64,000 nt of DNA, taken from Selaginella moellendorffii. Lineage: Eukaryota > Plantae > Lycopodiophyta. A program made the translations under genes and the position numbers. Shown here piece by piece: positions 38,387 through 49,246 of the stretch. Location: assembly GCF_000143415.4 (NCBI RefSeq), contig NW_003314309.1:737459-801458 (forward strand). The letters are read 5' to 3'. The notes beneath the pieces are model-generated. The model saw only the letters and a list, made by a program, of their open reading frames with translations. It had not been told where the DNA came from and did no database searches. Positions within the stretch are counted from its first letter, which is position 1, and the number at the start of each line of letters is the position of its first letter.

Positions 38387-40426
38387 GTGATGCAAAAATT
38401 CCAGAAATCGTCTTGTCACAGTAGAGATACTTGCGCTGCAATCGCTCACGAGAATCACTGGGGCAAAAACTCCGCCAAAATTTCCAATGCGGAGCTAAAG
38501 CTGAAGCAGCTTGTGGCAAAAACTCTTGGCTCCCATCCCGTCACCCGAGTCTCGTACGGAAGCCTTCTCCAGGCGTGCGGCGAGGCAAAGATCCTGGCGT
38601 ACGGAAGGGTCGTCCACGAGCACATGTCCGCCGCCAACATGGACACGGGCAGCATATTCCTGGGGAATCATCTCGTGCAAATGTACGGGAGGTGCGGCAG
38701 CGTGGACGAGGCCGCCGCAGCATTCGAGCGAATGGGCAGGAGGAACGTTGTCTCGTGGAGTTTCGTCATCGCGGCATTTACCCAGAACGGGCATCACGGC
38801 CGAGCAATGCGATTCTTCCAAAGGATGCTCCAGGATGGATTCGAAGTGGACAGGATTCTGATTGTCACGGCTCTTGGGTCGTGCATGGATCTGAAAACCG
38901 GGAGAGAGATTCACGAGCTCGCCCTCGAGTGTGGATATGGAAACGAGACGGTCGTGTGTACGGCGCTGCTGGGCATGTACAGCCGGTGCGAGAGCCTGGG
39001 CGATGTCGAGACAGTGTTTCTTGGGCTCCAAGAGAAGGATGTTGTGTCCTGGAACGCGATGATCACGGCCTTTGTAGAACTCGGCAAGAAACAATCTGGA
39101 GTGAGCATAAAGGTGGTTTGGATGTTTCGAAGAATGCTGCTGGAAGGGATGAAGCCGAGCCGGGTGACATTCATATCCACTCTTGGAGCCGTGGAGAGCA
39201 AGGAAGAATGTGTGTGGCTTCATGAAATTATCCGACAGAGCGGGCAAGAGCACGACGAGTTTGTGGCAAACTCTCTCGTTACTGCGTATGGCAAGAAGAA
39301 CAGCATTGTAAATGCTCGACAAGCGTTTGATGCTGCTTCAGATGCCTGTGTTGGAACATGGAATGCTATGATCGCGGCATATGCCCATTGTGGGCATTTT
39401 GAAAAAGCTTTAGAGACCTTTATGTCTATGCTGGAAAGTACCATTAAGCCAGATCAGATCAGTTTTGTGAACGTCCTGGAGGCGATCACTGGGCCAGAAC
39501 TTTTAAGAGATGGCGAGTTTATACACAAGAGTGTTGTAGAAAACGGGTTTGAGAACGATGGGATAATTGGCAGTGCTTTGCTTGGCATGTACTCGAGGTG
39601 TGAGAACTTAGAGAAAGCCGAGGAGGTTTTTGCCCAGATTGGACGGCCTTATCACAGTGTCATCGCATGGAACTCCATGCTTGCAACTTACACAGCGTTT
39701 GGGCGATGCAAAGAAGCCATCAAACTTTTCATGGACATGCAGCAAGACGGAAGCAAAGCTAGCGAGGCAACATTTGCAACGCTTCTCGCTGCCTGCGCGG
39801 GCGCATCCACTCTAGCTCAAGGCAAAATGGTGGTTTCGTGGATCAACGAATGGCTTATGAGCCACACAATCAGTGCCTGTAGCTATCTCGTAATCCAGAA
39901 TGCGACGATCAACATGTATGCAAAGTGTGGGAGCCTCGACCTCGCGCTCCAAACCTTCAATTCGATGCATCAGAGAGATGTGACATCGTGGAACTCCGTT
40001 TTGGGAACGCTTGCACGGCATGGCATAGGCAAGGAAGCAGTCATCTTTCTCAAGAGGATGCACTTGGAAGGTGTGAGACCGGATGATATCACGTACACTC
40101 TCGTTCTCACTGCTTGCAGCCACCATGGGCTCTTCAAAGATGGCCGAAAGTGTTACGAGTTTATGACCAAAGTTCATGGCTTGGAACCCACGCTTGTGCA
40201 CTATGGGTGCATGGTTGATCTTCTGGGACGCGGAGGCTGGCTGGACGAAGCCGAGGATCTGATAAGAGAAATGCCAATGCCGGCGGATTCAACAGTGTGG
40301 ATGGCGTTGCTTGGGGCATCAAGAATGCATGGCGATCTTGCCCGCGCAAAGCTGGCAATGAAGCATGTCTGTGAGCTTGAGCCTGATAATCCATCACCTT
40401 ACCTTCTCATGTCAAATATCTCTTAG
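38387..40426 (+). CDS. PLS-class PPR protein ending in an E domain, no DYW
   Basis: 679-aa intronless ORF; LVQMYGRCGS, VVSWN, ACSHHGL, HYGCMVDLLGR, WMALLGA; ends YLLMSNIS. Confidence 0.93.
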   Translation: MMQKFQKSSCHSRDTCAAIAHENHWGKNSAKISNAELKLKQLVAKTLGSHPVTRVSYGSLLQACGEAKILAYGRVVHEHMSAANMDTGSIFLGNHLVQMYGRCGSVDEAAAAFERMGRRNVVSWSFVIAAFTQNGHHGRAMRFFQRMLQDGFEVDRILIVTALGSCMDLKTGREIHELALECGYGNETVVCTALLGMYSRCESLGDVETVFLGLQEKDVVSWNAMITAFVELGKKQSGVSIKVVWMFRRMLLEGMKPSRVTFISTLGAVESKEECVWLHEIIRQSGQEHDEFVANSLVTAYGKKNSIVNARQAFDAASDACVGTWNAMIAAYAHCGHFEKALETFMSMLESTIKPDQISFVNVLEAITGPELLRDGEFIHKSVVENGFENDGIIGSALLGMYSRCENLEKAEEVFAQIGRPYHSVIAWNSMLATYTAFGRCKEAIKLFMDMQQDGSKASEATFATLLAACAGASTLAQGKMVVSWINEWLMSHTISACSYLVIQNATINMYAKCGSLDLALQTFNSMHQRDVTSWNSVLGTLARHGIGKEAVIFLKRMHLEGVRPDDITYTLVLTACSHHGLFKDGRKCYEFMTKVHGLEPTLVHYGCMVDLLGRGGWLDEAEDLIREMPMPADSTVWMALLGASRMHGDLARAKLAMKHVCELEPDNPSPYLLMSNIS

Positions 40427-40612
40427 TTCTTGCGAGACCTGTATCCATACCTCATTTGTTTGAGCGCAACAATACGTCCAGTCTAATCTACAGTAACACC
40501 TCCTCTAAAATTTGGAGGATTGTGGATTAGCATCTTTGAAACCCATAGCCGGAAGTTGTCGTCACCCGGGAATCAACATATCGATGTCCTGTTCAAGATA
40601 GATCTTCTTCAT

Positions 40613-41773
40613 ATGGCAGAAGAAGAAGATGACTTGATCTCAGGTCTCCCAGGTGAGCTAGTTCTTGTTCACGTTTTTTCTAGGCTGCCTTGGTACACTC
40701 GTCCAGTCTGCAGATCTGTTTCCAAACGATGGAAACAGATGATGGATACCAGGAATCATCTTGTCGATATTGCAACTCGCAGGTTTCAGCTTCCACTGCT
40801 CCAAGGTGTCGCTTTGGTGTGTTCTTCAGCTCCATATAAGCCTCCAAGATCACACTCGTCTCACCATGAAAAGTACCCTGAAAAGATCTTCCTCATTCAG
40901 GACAAGGAAACCTTGCAGTGGCGAAGGCTTCCACCCGTATCTGGCTTTCAAAGCTATCAAGTTGGACAAGTCCGTGTGTACAAAGCAAGGCTTGTTGCAG
41001 GATGTGGAGCGGTCTATGCTTGGACAGTTGCCCCCACTCAAAGCTTTGGGGCTCCAGAAGGTAGCTTCATATTCAAACTGGACATTGGTCGGGGAGATTG
41101 GATCTGGAAGAGAGTCCCAGCTTCTCAAGTTAGTCGCTGGTCCGAGCCAGTGTTTTTCAATGGTAAGATCTACTCGCTACTACCAGGCTGCCAACCACGG
41201 CGGAGGATATGTTCTTGTTTCGAAGTCATGGAGTATGATCCCGAAACAGGCTCCTGCCATATGTCCAACAAATGGCCCTCCAAGAACGTTGGTGTGATCC
41301 TGAGCTCTTCTTCGCCACAGCAACAGCTCTATGGCGTAGTCCGCACGTTGACCAACGGTCAACAGCTAATGGTCAACGAGGGCGGGTCGTGGCAGCTACA
41401 TCGGGAGTTGCCTGCCCTGCCGGACGACCGGGTGTTCAAATTTAAGCTGGTCAATGGCGATTGCTTCGAGCCTGCCGTGGAGGGCGGGGTCAACGTACTT
41501 GCCATCTTGCTCAGCCACCGGGATGCAGTGGTCTATTGGTTCAACACAGAAGTCAACGGGGCAAACTGGGTAGCAATCGAGCATCAGAGCCAACCTGGAA
41601 ATGTGACACAATGTGTGGCTGTTCAAGGATCTTTATATGCAATTTCAAGGAATTTTCCAAGGCTTCATTATAAATTGTGGAAGGGGACCATCAATGTGGC
41701 AGAGAGGCTTCTTATTTGGGAGCAAAGGCAAAGGCTCCAAGTTTCATTGTCTTGCTTCACCTTGATGGCATGA
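40613..41773 (+). CDS. F-box protein with a divergent kelch-like C-terminal region
   Basis: MAEEEDDLISGLPGELVLVHVFSRLPW...CRSVSKRW F-box; WRRLPP and EYDPETG kelch-like bits; intronless. Confidence 0.85.
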   Translation: MAEEEDDLISGLPGELVLVHVFSRLPWYTRPVCRSVSKRWKQMMDTRNHLVDIATRRFQLPLLQGVALVCSSAPYKPPRSHSSHHEKYPEKIFLIQDKETLQWRRLPPVSGFQSYQVGQVRVYKARLVAGCGAVYAWTVAPTQSFGAPEGSFIFKLDIGRGDWIWKRVPASQVSRWSEPVFFNGKIYSLLPGCQPRRRICSCFEVMEYDPETGSCHMSNKWPSKNVGVILSSSSPQQQLYGVVRTLTNGQQLMVNEGGSWQLHRELPALPDDRVFKFKLVNGDCFEPAVEGGVNVLAILLSHRDAVVYWFNTEVNGANWVAIEHQSQPGNVTQCVAVQGSLYAISRNFPRLHYKLWKGTINVAERLLIWEQRQRLQVSLSCFTLMA

Positions 41774-41834
41774 AATAGCTTCCAGTATATCCATCTTTTA
41801 GAAGATTTTAGAATCAAATAATATAATAATTTGT

Positions 41835-42512
41835 TGTAGTAATGCTTAGTTTGGATAATTATTCCTACTTATCAATCCAATTGATCAAATAAAGTTTATA
41901 ATTATAAGCATGTTTGTAATTTATAGATGCAAGATTAATCTTATTGCATATCAACCCTTAGATGGTAGAATAAAATAGAATATATTAAAAAGTGTTTAAT
42001 TTTTTGGTTTGCTTAAGCAAACCTATAGGGGGACTGGGATGGTATTGAATATACCTAGAATATATTTGGATATTCTAGGATATTCTACCATCTAACGGTT
42101 GTTATTCATTTAGATTAATTTTGTATTTATAATTTATAAACATGTTTATAATTTATAAACTTTCTTAAACCTTTTCTAGTATATTCTTTTTAATTCTACC
42201 ATCTAATGGTTGATATGCAATAAAATTAATCTTGTATATATGAATTACAAACATGCTTATAATTATAAACTTTATTTGATCAATTGGATTAATAAGTAAT
42301 AATAACACTAGTATTAAGCAAACCAAGCGTTGCTACATGCAACGCGTAGCAATTTATTGTTTATTTTATAAATTATAAACATGTTTATAAATTATAAATA
42401 TAAAATTAATTTAAATGAATAAAAACCATTAAATGGTAAAATATCCTAAAATATTCAAGTATATTTTAGATATATTCATTCATCTCAGTCCCCCCTTAAG
42501 CAAACCAAAAAT
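41835..42512. mobile_element. AT-rich foldback/MITE-like element with two interleaved inverted-repeat pairs
   Basis: 41866-41971 is nearly the reverse complement of 42193-42298; 42000-42159 is nearly the reverse complement of 42364-42512. No coding capacity. Confidence 0.7.
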
Positions 42513-42610
42513 ATTGTGTTTGTTAGAATGTTCATTTATCTTTAGAGAATATTCTATTAGTTTCGATCATTTAAACCCTTACGCGTTTAAACCCTTTAGG
42601 GCTTTTTGGG

Positions 42611-43658
42611 ATGGGCATTCACAAGCTCTATGGCGTCAAGATCGCGACGGCCTACTCCTGCCCTGCTCGGCCGACACCTCGATCGGATCACGGCAGCGGC
42701 GGCGGCAGCTCGTATGTGTTCTTAATCTCTTCCCGATTGCGATCTCCTCGAAATCTGGCGCTTCCCGTCTTGCATTTTCACGGTTTGTCGTGATTCGCTA
42801 GCAGACTGCTGGGATCCGGTGATTTGGAGGCGACGCAGCAGCAGGAGGAGTGGTGCTTGAGGTCTCTATGGGAGCGCCGGCCAAATTTCTTGCGAGCGTT
42901 CCATTCTTCACACAGAGGTATTATAAACTAAGTTTTGGATCATAGCTTGAGAGAAAAACTCCCAGCAGGTGATAGAAACCTCGTGGAAACTGTTATAAAC
43001 GTTGCTACTTCGTTGCCGTTTGTTTTGATTGGGATCCAAATGCCAAGGTATGAGCAGCATTGTAATTCTTCCTTCCAGATTGTTCTTTTCTTCTTCCCCT
43101 TTACAGGCAAAAGCCGCTCACTAGACTATATGCTGATTCTTTGATCGGTGTCGGCCTCGCGTCAACTTTGTTTCACGCATCGCGTGGAGAGGCTCGAAAG
43201 TATTTTCGATGGGGAGACTATACCATGATCGCTACTTCAACTCTGGTACCAACAATCTTACAATGTTTTCGATCTCTTTAAAACGTTTTCCTATAGTGCC
43301 TGTCAAGAGCTCTACAAACGGACAGCTCCAAAGCTTTGTACTGCGCTTCAGCGATGCTACTTCCCTTTCAGCCGTTCGTCGTCGCGGCCTGTCACACCGG
43401 ACTTATGGAGGTGTGTGGACGGACTTAGTTTTCCCTCATGGTTTTGTTTTGCTTTGTTTCCAGGCTGCTTTTGTTCGCCGAGCTCTCAAACAGCCTAGCC
43501 TACAGAAAGCTTACACCTTACACACCATTTCCACGGTTGTGGGAGGAACGTTATTTATTGCCGACGATATGTATCCAGACACGCCCTTTTTGCATGCTGC
43601 TTGGCACATTGCCGCGGCAGTGGGCGTGACAACATGCAACAAGCTCCTGAATTCTTAA
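42611..43658 (+). CDS. Multi-exon integral membrane protein, CREST (alkaline ceramidase/PAQR/Per1) superfamily-like
   Basis: Spliced product contains ETVINVATSLPF, ASTLFHAS (SxxxH), WGDYTMI (D) and HAAWH (HxxxH) in hydrophobic helices. Confidence 0.7.
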
Positions 43659-43774
43659 GTATTTTATTGGTAAGCTTGCTGGTCTTATTTGAGATAGAGT
43701 ATACGAAGAGTAATCGCATCGCGAAGCAAGGACTCTACACAGTTGTGAAGGCAGCATCAATATCTCCTGGAACT

Positions 43775-46725
43775 TCAAATGGAGGTACTGTTTGGTATCC
43801 CTCTACCTGTTAATCCCGGGCCGGAGCTTGGAAACAGGAGGGTGTATGGAATTTGCACTGGTCCTGTCCGGTTCTTGAGTTTCGTGTCCTTGTTCCTTGT
43901 CTGGATGAGTTCTTCTACTGCCTTGAGTTTCTCAGAAAACTTGGTGAATGCACTCTGAGCTGCTTGGTTGTTGGTCCAGTTCTGGATTATTCTTTGTCCC
44001 AGGTACTCCTCGTCTGCTGAATGAGTTGCCAGAATTTCTATCGTTGTCATAACTGACGTTGCTTCTGCCTTTGTGGACACTGCAGATAAGAAGAAGTTTT
44101 CCGGATCCTTAAGAAGCTGCTTGTGTTCCTCAGAGCCTTCTCGTGGGATTTCCCTGTGCGTGGCTGTTGGGTGATTGGGCATGTAACCAGCGTAGGCGTA
44201 CTGTCCAAAGTTTACGGCAGCATGGTGTGCAGATGCCAACCAGATCACAGTTGTGAGCACGCTTACCAGGTTCGGCTTGCTATTCATTTCCACCCACCAT
44301 GTCTCGTCTTTCTTGTCACCGTGACCAACGTTAACAATTTCCGTCCACCATGCCTGTAGTTCCTTGTCACTCTCTATGTCTGCGTCATCTTCGTAGCAGC
44401 TATCTACATATTCCTGTGTCCACCTCTCAATTGCATCCCAAATCTCCAAACCGTCTGCTGCATATGGATAGTCGTTGATAGCCAGTTTGAGGCCATGCTT
44501 TGAGTTTGCATCTGGAGTTGCCATTCCCCTGGAAAATGTTCGAACTTTTAGATTGTTTTACATCCCTTGCGATGCCTACCTTTTCAGTAAATCTGCAGGA
44601 AGTCCTTGGTCGTCGAACCTCCATGTCCTATAGACAACGGAGCTCAACTCCATTGAGTACCTCCTTGTTGAGAAGCATTTCTCTATTATACCATCAGCAT
44701 TTATCAGTGACTGCCTGGCTCGAGCGTTGATTGACATTGTGTTCTTGAAGTGTGGAACCAGGAACGGATTCAAGGGATGAAGCGCACTCAGGTTTCGATG
44801 TGTCGCAATGATAAAAGGTTCCAGGCAGGCATGAGTTCTTAAACTGCAGAGGAAAAACATGTCAGGTATGAGAGACGGCATTGTTGACAGCTTACAAGTG
44901 ACTTATGAGCTGGTGATATCCTGAATCATTTGTAGTTACGTGTGCTTTTGCGAGATGCCATAACCAATCCTCTGTTCCTGGTGCAGGTGGAAGAAACACC
45001 CTTTTGTTTTCTGACTTGGAGGAAGAATCCGGTGGCAAGCTCAACTCGATGGCAATAGGCTTTAGAGTTCCATCCGCTTTGAGGTACAGTAGAGTTCTGG
45101 ATGCGTAAGCGTGGATTTCCTTGATGCTGTTGATTTTGGTCAAGTAAGGCAAGTATGCATCATGGTAGTCTAAGATGAATAGCTTCTTGTTCTCAAGTGC
45201 CTGCTCATATGAGTCAGTAAAAATCGTCACCAAGTTCCATTTTTCTTACTTGCTGGACTGTGTTTCCTTCAAGCTGAGAGACAATATGTTCTTCTGTAAT
45301 GGCTGACTTTTGTGTTCCGTATACTGCTGGGTCCAGCGTGCTTTCTGGTGGAAAAACCTGCATACAGCGGGTCATTTTTCTTACCAGCATTTTGAAACTA
45401 GATTACCTCTAGTAGCTGAATCGCCATGGGGTTTAGTCCGCTGATCATCTGCCTTGCGAATTCGGCGTCGGACATCCATCCTTTCTCGTTGGCTGTAGAA
45501 ATCAGTTTTCGCATCAGAAAAATCGCAGAGGTGAACTTACTAATTACCTTTGATAACCGTAGGTATTGGATACATCAGCAAGCTTCCACTGTCTCCAGTC
45601 GACAGGCTTTGGACAACCTCAGCTGGATCAAGAATGTCGTCGTCTCGTTTGCACTTGCTCATATCAACTCCTTCCACGTACAGATTTTGCACTTCACCAA
45701 AGCTATCAAACGTTTCATCTGCTGTGAATGTGCTTTCCAGGTTTGGGATCAGGCTCTGTGCCGCGGCTTTTATGGCGGCCGTTAGGAAGTTGGACTCCTT
45801 AGTTGTGCCAAATCGTTCATCACTCGGTATGTAGTAATTCCCTGCTGCCTGGCTCTCGGTAGCTTTATCTGGAAAGCAGTGCTTAGCACAGCTATTAATA
45901 TTACTAGTGTAAAGCACTCACCTGTTTCCTCTGGATCTCGTCCAGTTCGACACCGTCGTGGATACGGAAATTCTGCAGAACCCCCGAGTGTAGGCCGCTG
46001 GAGGGACTTGTCAGTATCCGGTTTCCCAAGATCATTGTAAGTGGCGTAGTCATATATTCGTTCCCAGACTTTTCTTTCACCTGTTCCATTGCCTCTCAGG
46101 TTCAAAAGCTCCTGATTCCGAGCGTCAACAAGGCCGGCCGGTGTGTCCTTGGGAAGAGTCAGCTACGCGCACAAATGAAGATGGAACATTAGTACCCTGT
46201 GACGGCGGACGAAAGAATGAAACTTACGTGGTTACTGAAGAAGATGCGGTCGTTTGGATACCGGGACACATTGTACACCCAGGAATTGCAGGGGAATTCT
46301 ATAACTTGTTGCTGAGGCAGCTCGAGTGTTAGAGATTTGAGGTAGAACTCGTTCGGGTGCTTGTTTCTGATGGTGAAGGCACCGGGAACTCCAAAGTCGT
46401 CGCCGATCTCGAACTTAACATTCAACTCGACATCTTCAGTTGCCCGCAATCCTCCAGACACCAGCCAGCCGCCAGCAGCAGCTCGTTTGGACAGTGTTAA
46501 TTTCTTGGTTCCTGAATGAAGGCACGCTTGAATTGTGCTTGCTGAGCAGATGAGACACTACAGACCTGGATTGATCTCGGTGCTGATGAGCTGCAGCGAG
46601 ATGTTCTGGCCGAACAAGTCTGAAGCGACATCCACCAGGTGAGCTCCTATGTCCGTTAAGCTGAGGAAGTTCTTCCTGTGTACAACGAGCGTGCCATCGA
46701 AACTTACTGTTTTTACCGTCGCCAT
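43775..46725 (-). CDS. LOX: Lipoxygenase, multi-exon, no evident transit peptide
   Basis: PLAT domain FGVPGAF and FPCNSWVY; [51 protein letters not shown]; C-terminal GIPNSTSI. An in-frame stop lies upstream of ATG 46725. Confidence 0.97.
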
Positions 46726-47132
46726 TGCAGATGATCCCTCGAGAGCTTGCACGAGGTCGCTTTTAAAGTTCTTACGGAGGCGGCAGAGAAGTCTCAATGA
46801 AAGTCTCAACACGGTAAAGCAATAGGACTCTTTCTGCGGTCCTTTAACTCAGTTTAGCGCTATGGACCACAAGAAATCACTCGTTTTGCCATGGTTGTTA
46901 CATGTTTGTTGTATCTTCCGTAAGGACTTTCATCACTGGCGACTAGCAGAGAGCGGCACGTCGGTTCCACCTCCCAATCCGAGAGGTAAGTCTATATACG
47001 CACTCTGAAAAACGCTGATTTTCTATTTTCTTGAGCAGCACACGAAGCACAATCCCTCGCCGGGTTTCAAAGTTGGTGTTTCGTGGAAATTCAGCCAGAG
47101 ATATCCTTCAAATCTTCAATGCTAGGAGGAAA

Positions 47133-48770
47133 ATGGAGAAAGTGGACCTGACTCTCGGAGAGGGACGGACGATCAGGAAGTGTTTGTGGCTCTCATACAA
47201 GATGAGAAAGCGCGGAGGGGGAGTTAAATTCCTTGGTCAGCAAATGCCAGTCTTGGACGCGGAAATGCCGTTCAATCCATTCGTCAACCGGCACGTCTCC
47301 ATCAGTAGCAACTACGAGCTCACAAAGACGCTACTTTTGCTGCCACTCTTCGTCTTCCGGGTCTCCGTCTTTATCCTGCTGCTCGTCGTCGGCCTTGCCC
47401 TCACCAAGCTAGCTCTCCTCGGTGCTCGGGAAGTTCTCAATGCTCCACTGCCATTTTGGAGGCGCAAGCTTCTGTGGCCAGTCCGGTACCTTGCAAGATG
47501 CCTCCTCTTCTTCTGCGGTTACCACTGGATCGGCGTCAAAGGCAAGCCGGGCAGGAAAAGAGACGCTCCAGTTCTCGTCTGCAACCACGTAACTTTCGTG
47601 GATCCAGTCTACATCTTCTACAAGCACTTGCCGGTGATCGTCACGGCGGAGGAGAACCTCAACTATCCTTTCATGGGGACGATCATCAGTGCCATGCAGC
47701 CGATCACCATCCGGAGAGAGTCCCAGGAATCCAGAAACAAGGCCGGGGTTGAGATACGCAAGCGGGCAAAGTCTCCGGAGTGGAAGAACTCGCTTATGAT
47801 CTTTCCGGAAGGGACGACCACCAACGGGAAAGCTATGGTGTCCTTCAAGAGTGGAGCGTTCTCTTCGAGCTCGCCCGTCCAGCCGATGGTGGTGAGATAT
47901 CCCCACGTCCACTTGGACCCGTCCTGGGTGGCGGACGGGCCCTCGGCCTACGCGCTGCTCTTCCGGCTCATGACGCAGTTCCACAACTACATGGAGATCG
48001 AGTACCTCCCGGTGATGCGTCCCAGCAAGCAGGAGAACCCACGCAGCTTTGCCGAGCGCGTCCGGGCGGAGATGGCGCGAGCTCTCAACGTGGTGGTGAC
48101 GGAGCACACCTTCGACGACGTGAGCATGGTGGACGCAGCTCGGGGTGCCTCCTCCAAGCTCGATCTTCTCGAGTTTGGGAGGTTCGAGAGGCTCTACAGG
48201 GTCACGCCCAAGGAGGCCAAGCGTTTCTTCCGGAAGTTCCGGGCCCTGGACGTCCAGAGGAACGGTGTGGCGAGCGAGGAAGATCTGGCGGACTATCTGG
48301 ATCTCCCGAGCTGCGAGGCAGTGAGCAAAGTCTACGAGCTCTTCGACTCCAAAGGCTGTGGCTACTTCAGCTTTCGCCAGTACGCGGCGGGGCTGCTGTT
48401 CATCTCGAGGCACGAGAGGTTCAGGGAGGCAGCCGAGGCGGTGTTTGAGAGGCTGGACAGGGACGGAGATGGTTTGCTGAGCTCGAGCGATTTCTCTGCC
48501 GGACTGAGCGAACTGGTCCCGGGAACCAGCCGGGAACACGCGAAGGCGCTGTGGGATAGAATCAACGCCAAGCAAGGGAGATTCGTCCACCGGATCGAGT
48601 TGCTTACGTTTCTGGACAGGAATCCAGAGTACGTAGCAGTGTTTTTGTTTGGAGCTCCGAGGTTGCTGTCGAATGTGAAGGCCGAGACAACCATCCTGGA
48701 ACCGAGCTCGACTGACCAAAAGAACTTTACTGGATTTACTACGGATGCTTCTCCAGGGCCATCAGTTTGA
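47133..48770 (+). CDS. LPEAT2: Lysophospholipid acyltransferase with C-terminal EF-hands (LPEAT2/LPCAT2-like), intronless CDS
   Basis: NHVTFVD (NHxxxxD) and FPEGTTTNG acyltransferase motifs; EF-hand DRDGDGLLSSSDF. Confidence 0.88.
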   Translation: MEKVDLTLGEGRTIRKCLWLSYKMRKRGGGVKFLGQQMPVLDAEMPFNPFVNRHVSISSNYELTKTLLLLPLFVFRVSVFILLLVVGLALTKLALLGAREVLNAPLPFWRRKLLWPVRYLARCLLFFCGYHWIGVKGKPGRKRDAPVLVCNHVTFVDPVYIFYKHLPVIVTAEENLNYPFMGTIISAMQPITIRRESQESRNKAGVEIRKRAKSPEWKNSLMIFPEGTTTNGKAMVSFKSGAFSSSSPVQPMVVRYPHVHLDPSWVADGPSAYALLFRLMTQFHNYMEIEYLPVMRPSKQENPRSFAERVRAEMARALNVVVTEHTFDDVSMVDAARGASSKLDLLEFGRFERLYRVTPKEAKRFFRKFRALDVQRNGVASEEDLADYLDLPSCEAVSKVYELFDSKGCGYFSFRQYAAGLLFISRHERFREAAEAVFERLDRDGDGLLSSSDFSAGLSELVPGTSREHAKALWDRINAKQGRFVHRIELLTFLDRNPEYVAVFLFGAPRLLSNVKAETTILEPSSTDQKNFTGFTTDASPGPSV

Positions 48771-48997
48771 AGAACTTGGTTATCAGAGAAGAAACTCTGA
48801 GAGCTGGGATTAGAAAATCGTGTCATCACTGGCCCCAAAGATCTATGCTCTATCCAAAGGATGAAAGAAGAAACCATCAGTGCTTTGCCTCTATCAAAGA
48901 ATGATCTCTGACCGCTGAGTTTGTAAGAAGCAAAATCCATCACTATGCCCGAGACCCTAGCCGCCACAGTAAATATCCTAGACCTAAACGAATATCC

Positions 48998-49198
48998 TTA
49001 TTATAAGAGAATATCCTTTCCTTTATCCCACTAACACGCATTGAGATAAAGGGCAGGATATTCTCTTAGAATAACGATAAACGAATATTCAAGTACATTT
49101 ATTTCTATTCATGAAAAAGTTACAAGCCAAGAGAATATCCTTTTCTTTATCCCACTAACACGCATTTTGCTAGCAACTTACATTTATTTCTATTCATT
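48998..49198. repeat. 33-bp-arm hairpin plus a 38-bp direct repeat between convergent genes
   Basis: Arms 48998-49030 and 49042-49074 (29/33 complementary); 49005-49042 is repeated at 49129-49166. Confidence 0.85.
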
Positions 49199-49246
49199 CG
49201 AAAAACTATTATCATTGATAAAAAAGTTTAGAACAAACCCACATTT

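Noticed and set aside
37380-38519. 379-aa OMT ORF with a long N-extension overlapping the PPR start
   Set aside because: The extension runs through the TATA-like box and promoter; homology begins at ATG 38162, and the ORF reads through an in-frame intron.
46726-46812. Possible LOX transit peptide (LRLSLRLLCRLRK...)
   Set aside because: It starts at a non-ATG codon with an in-frame stop upstream and no ATG; treated as 5' UTR.
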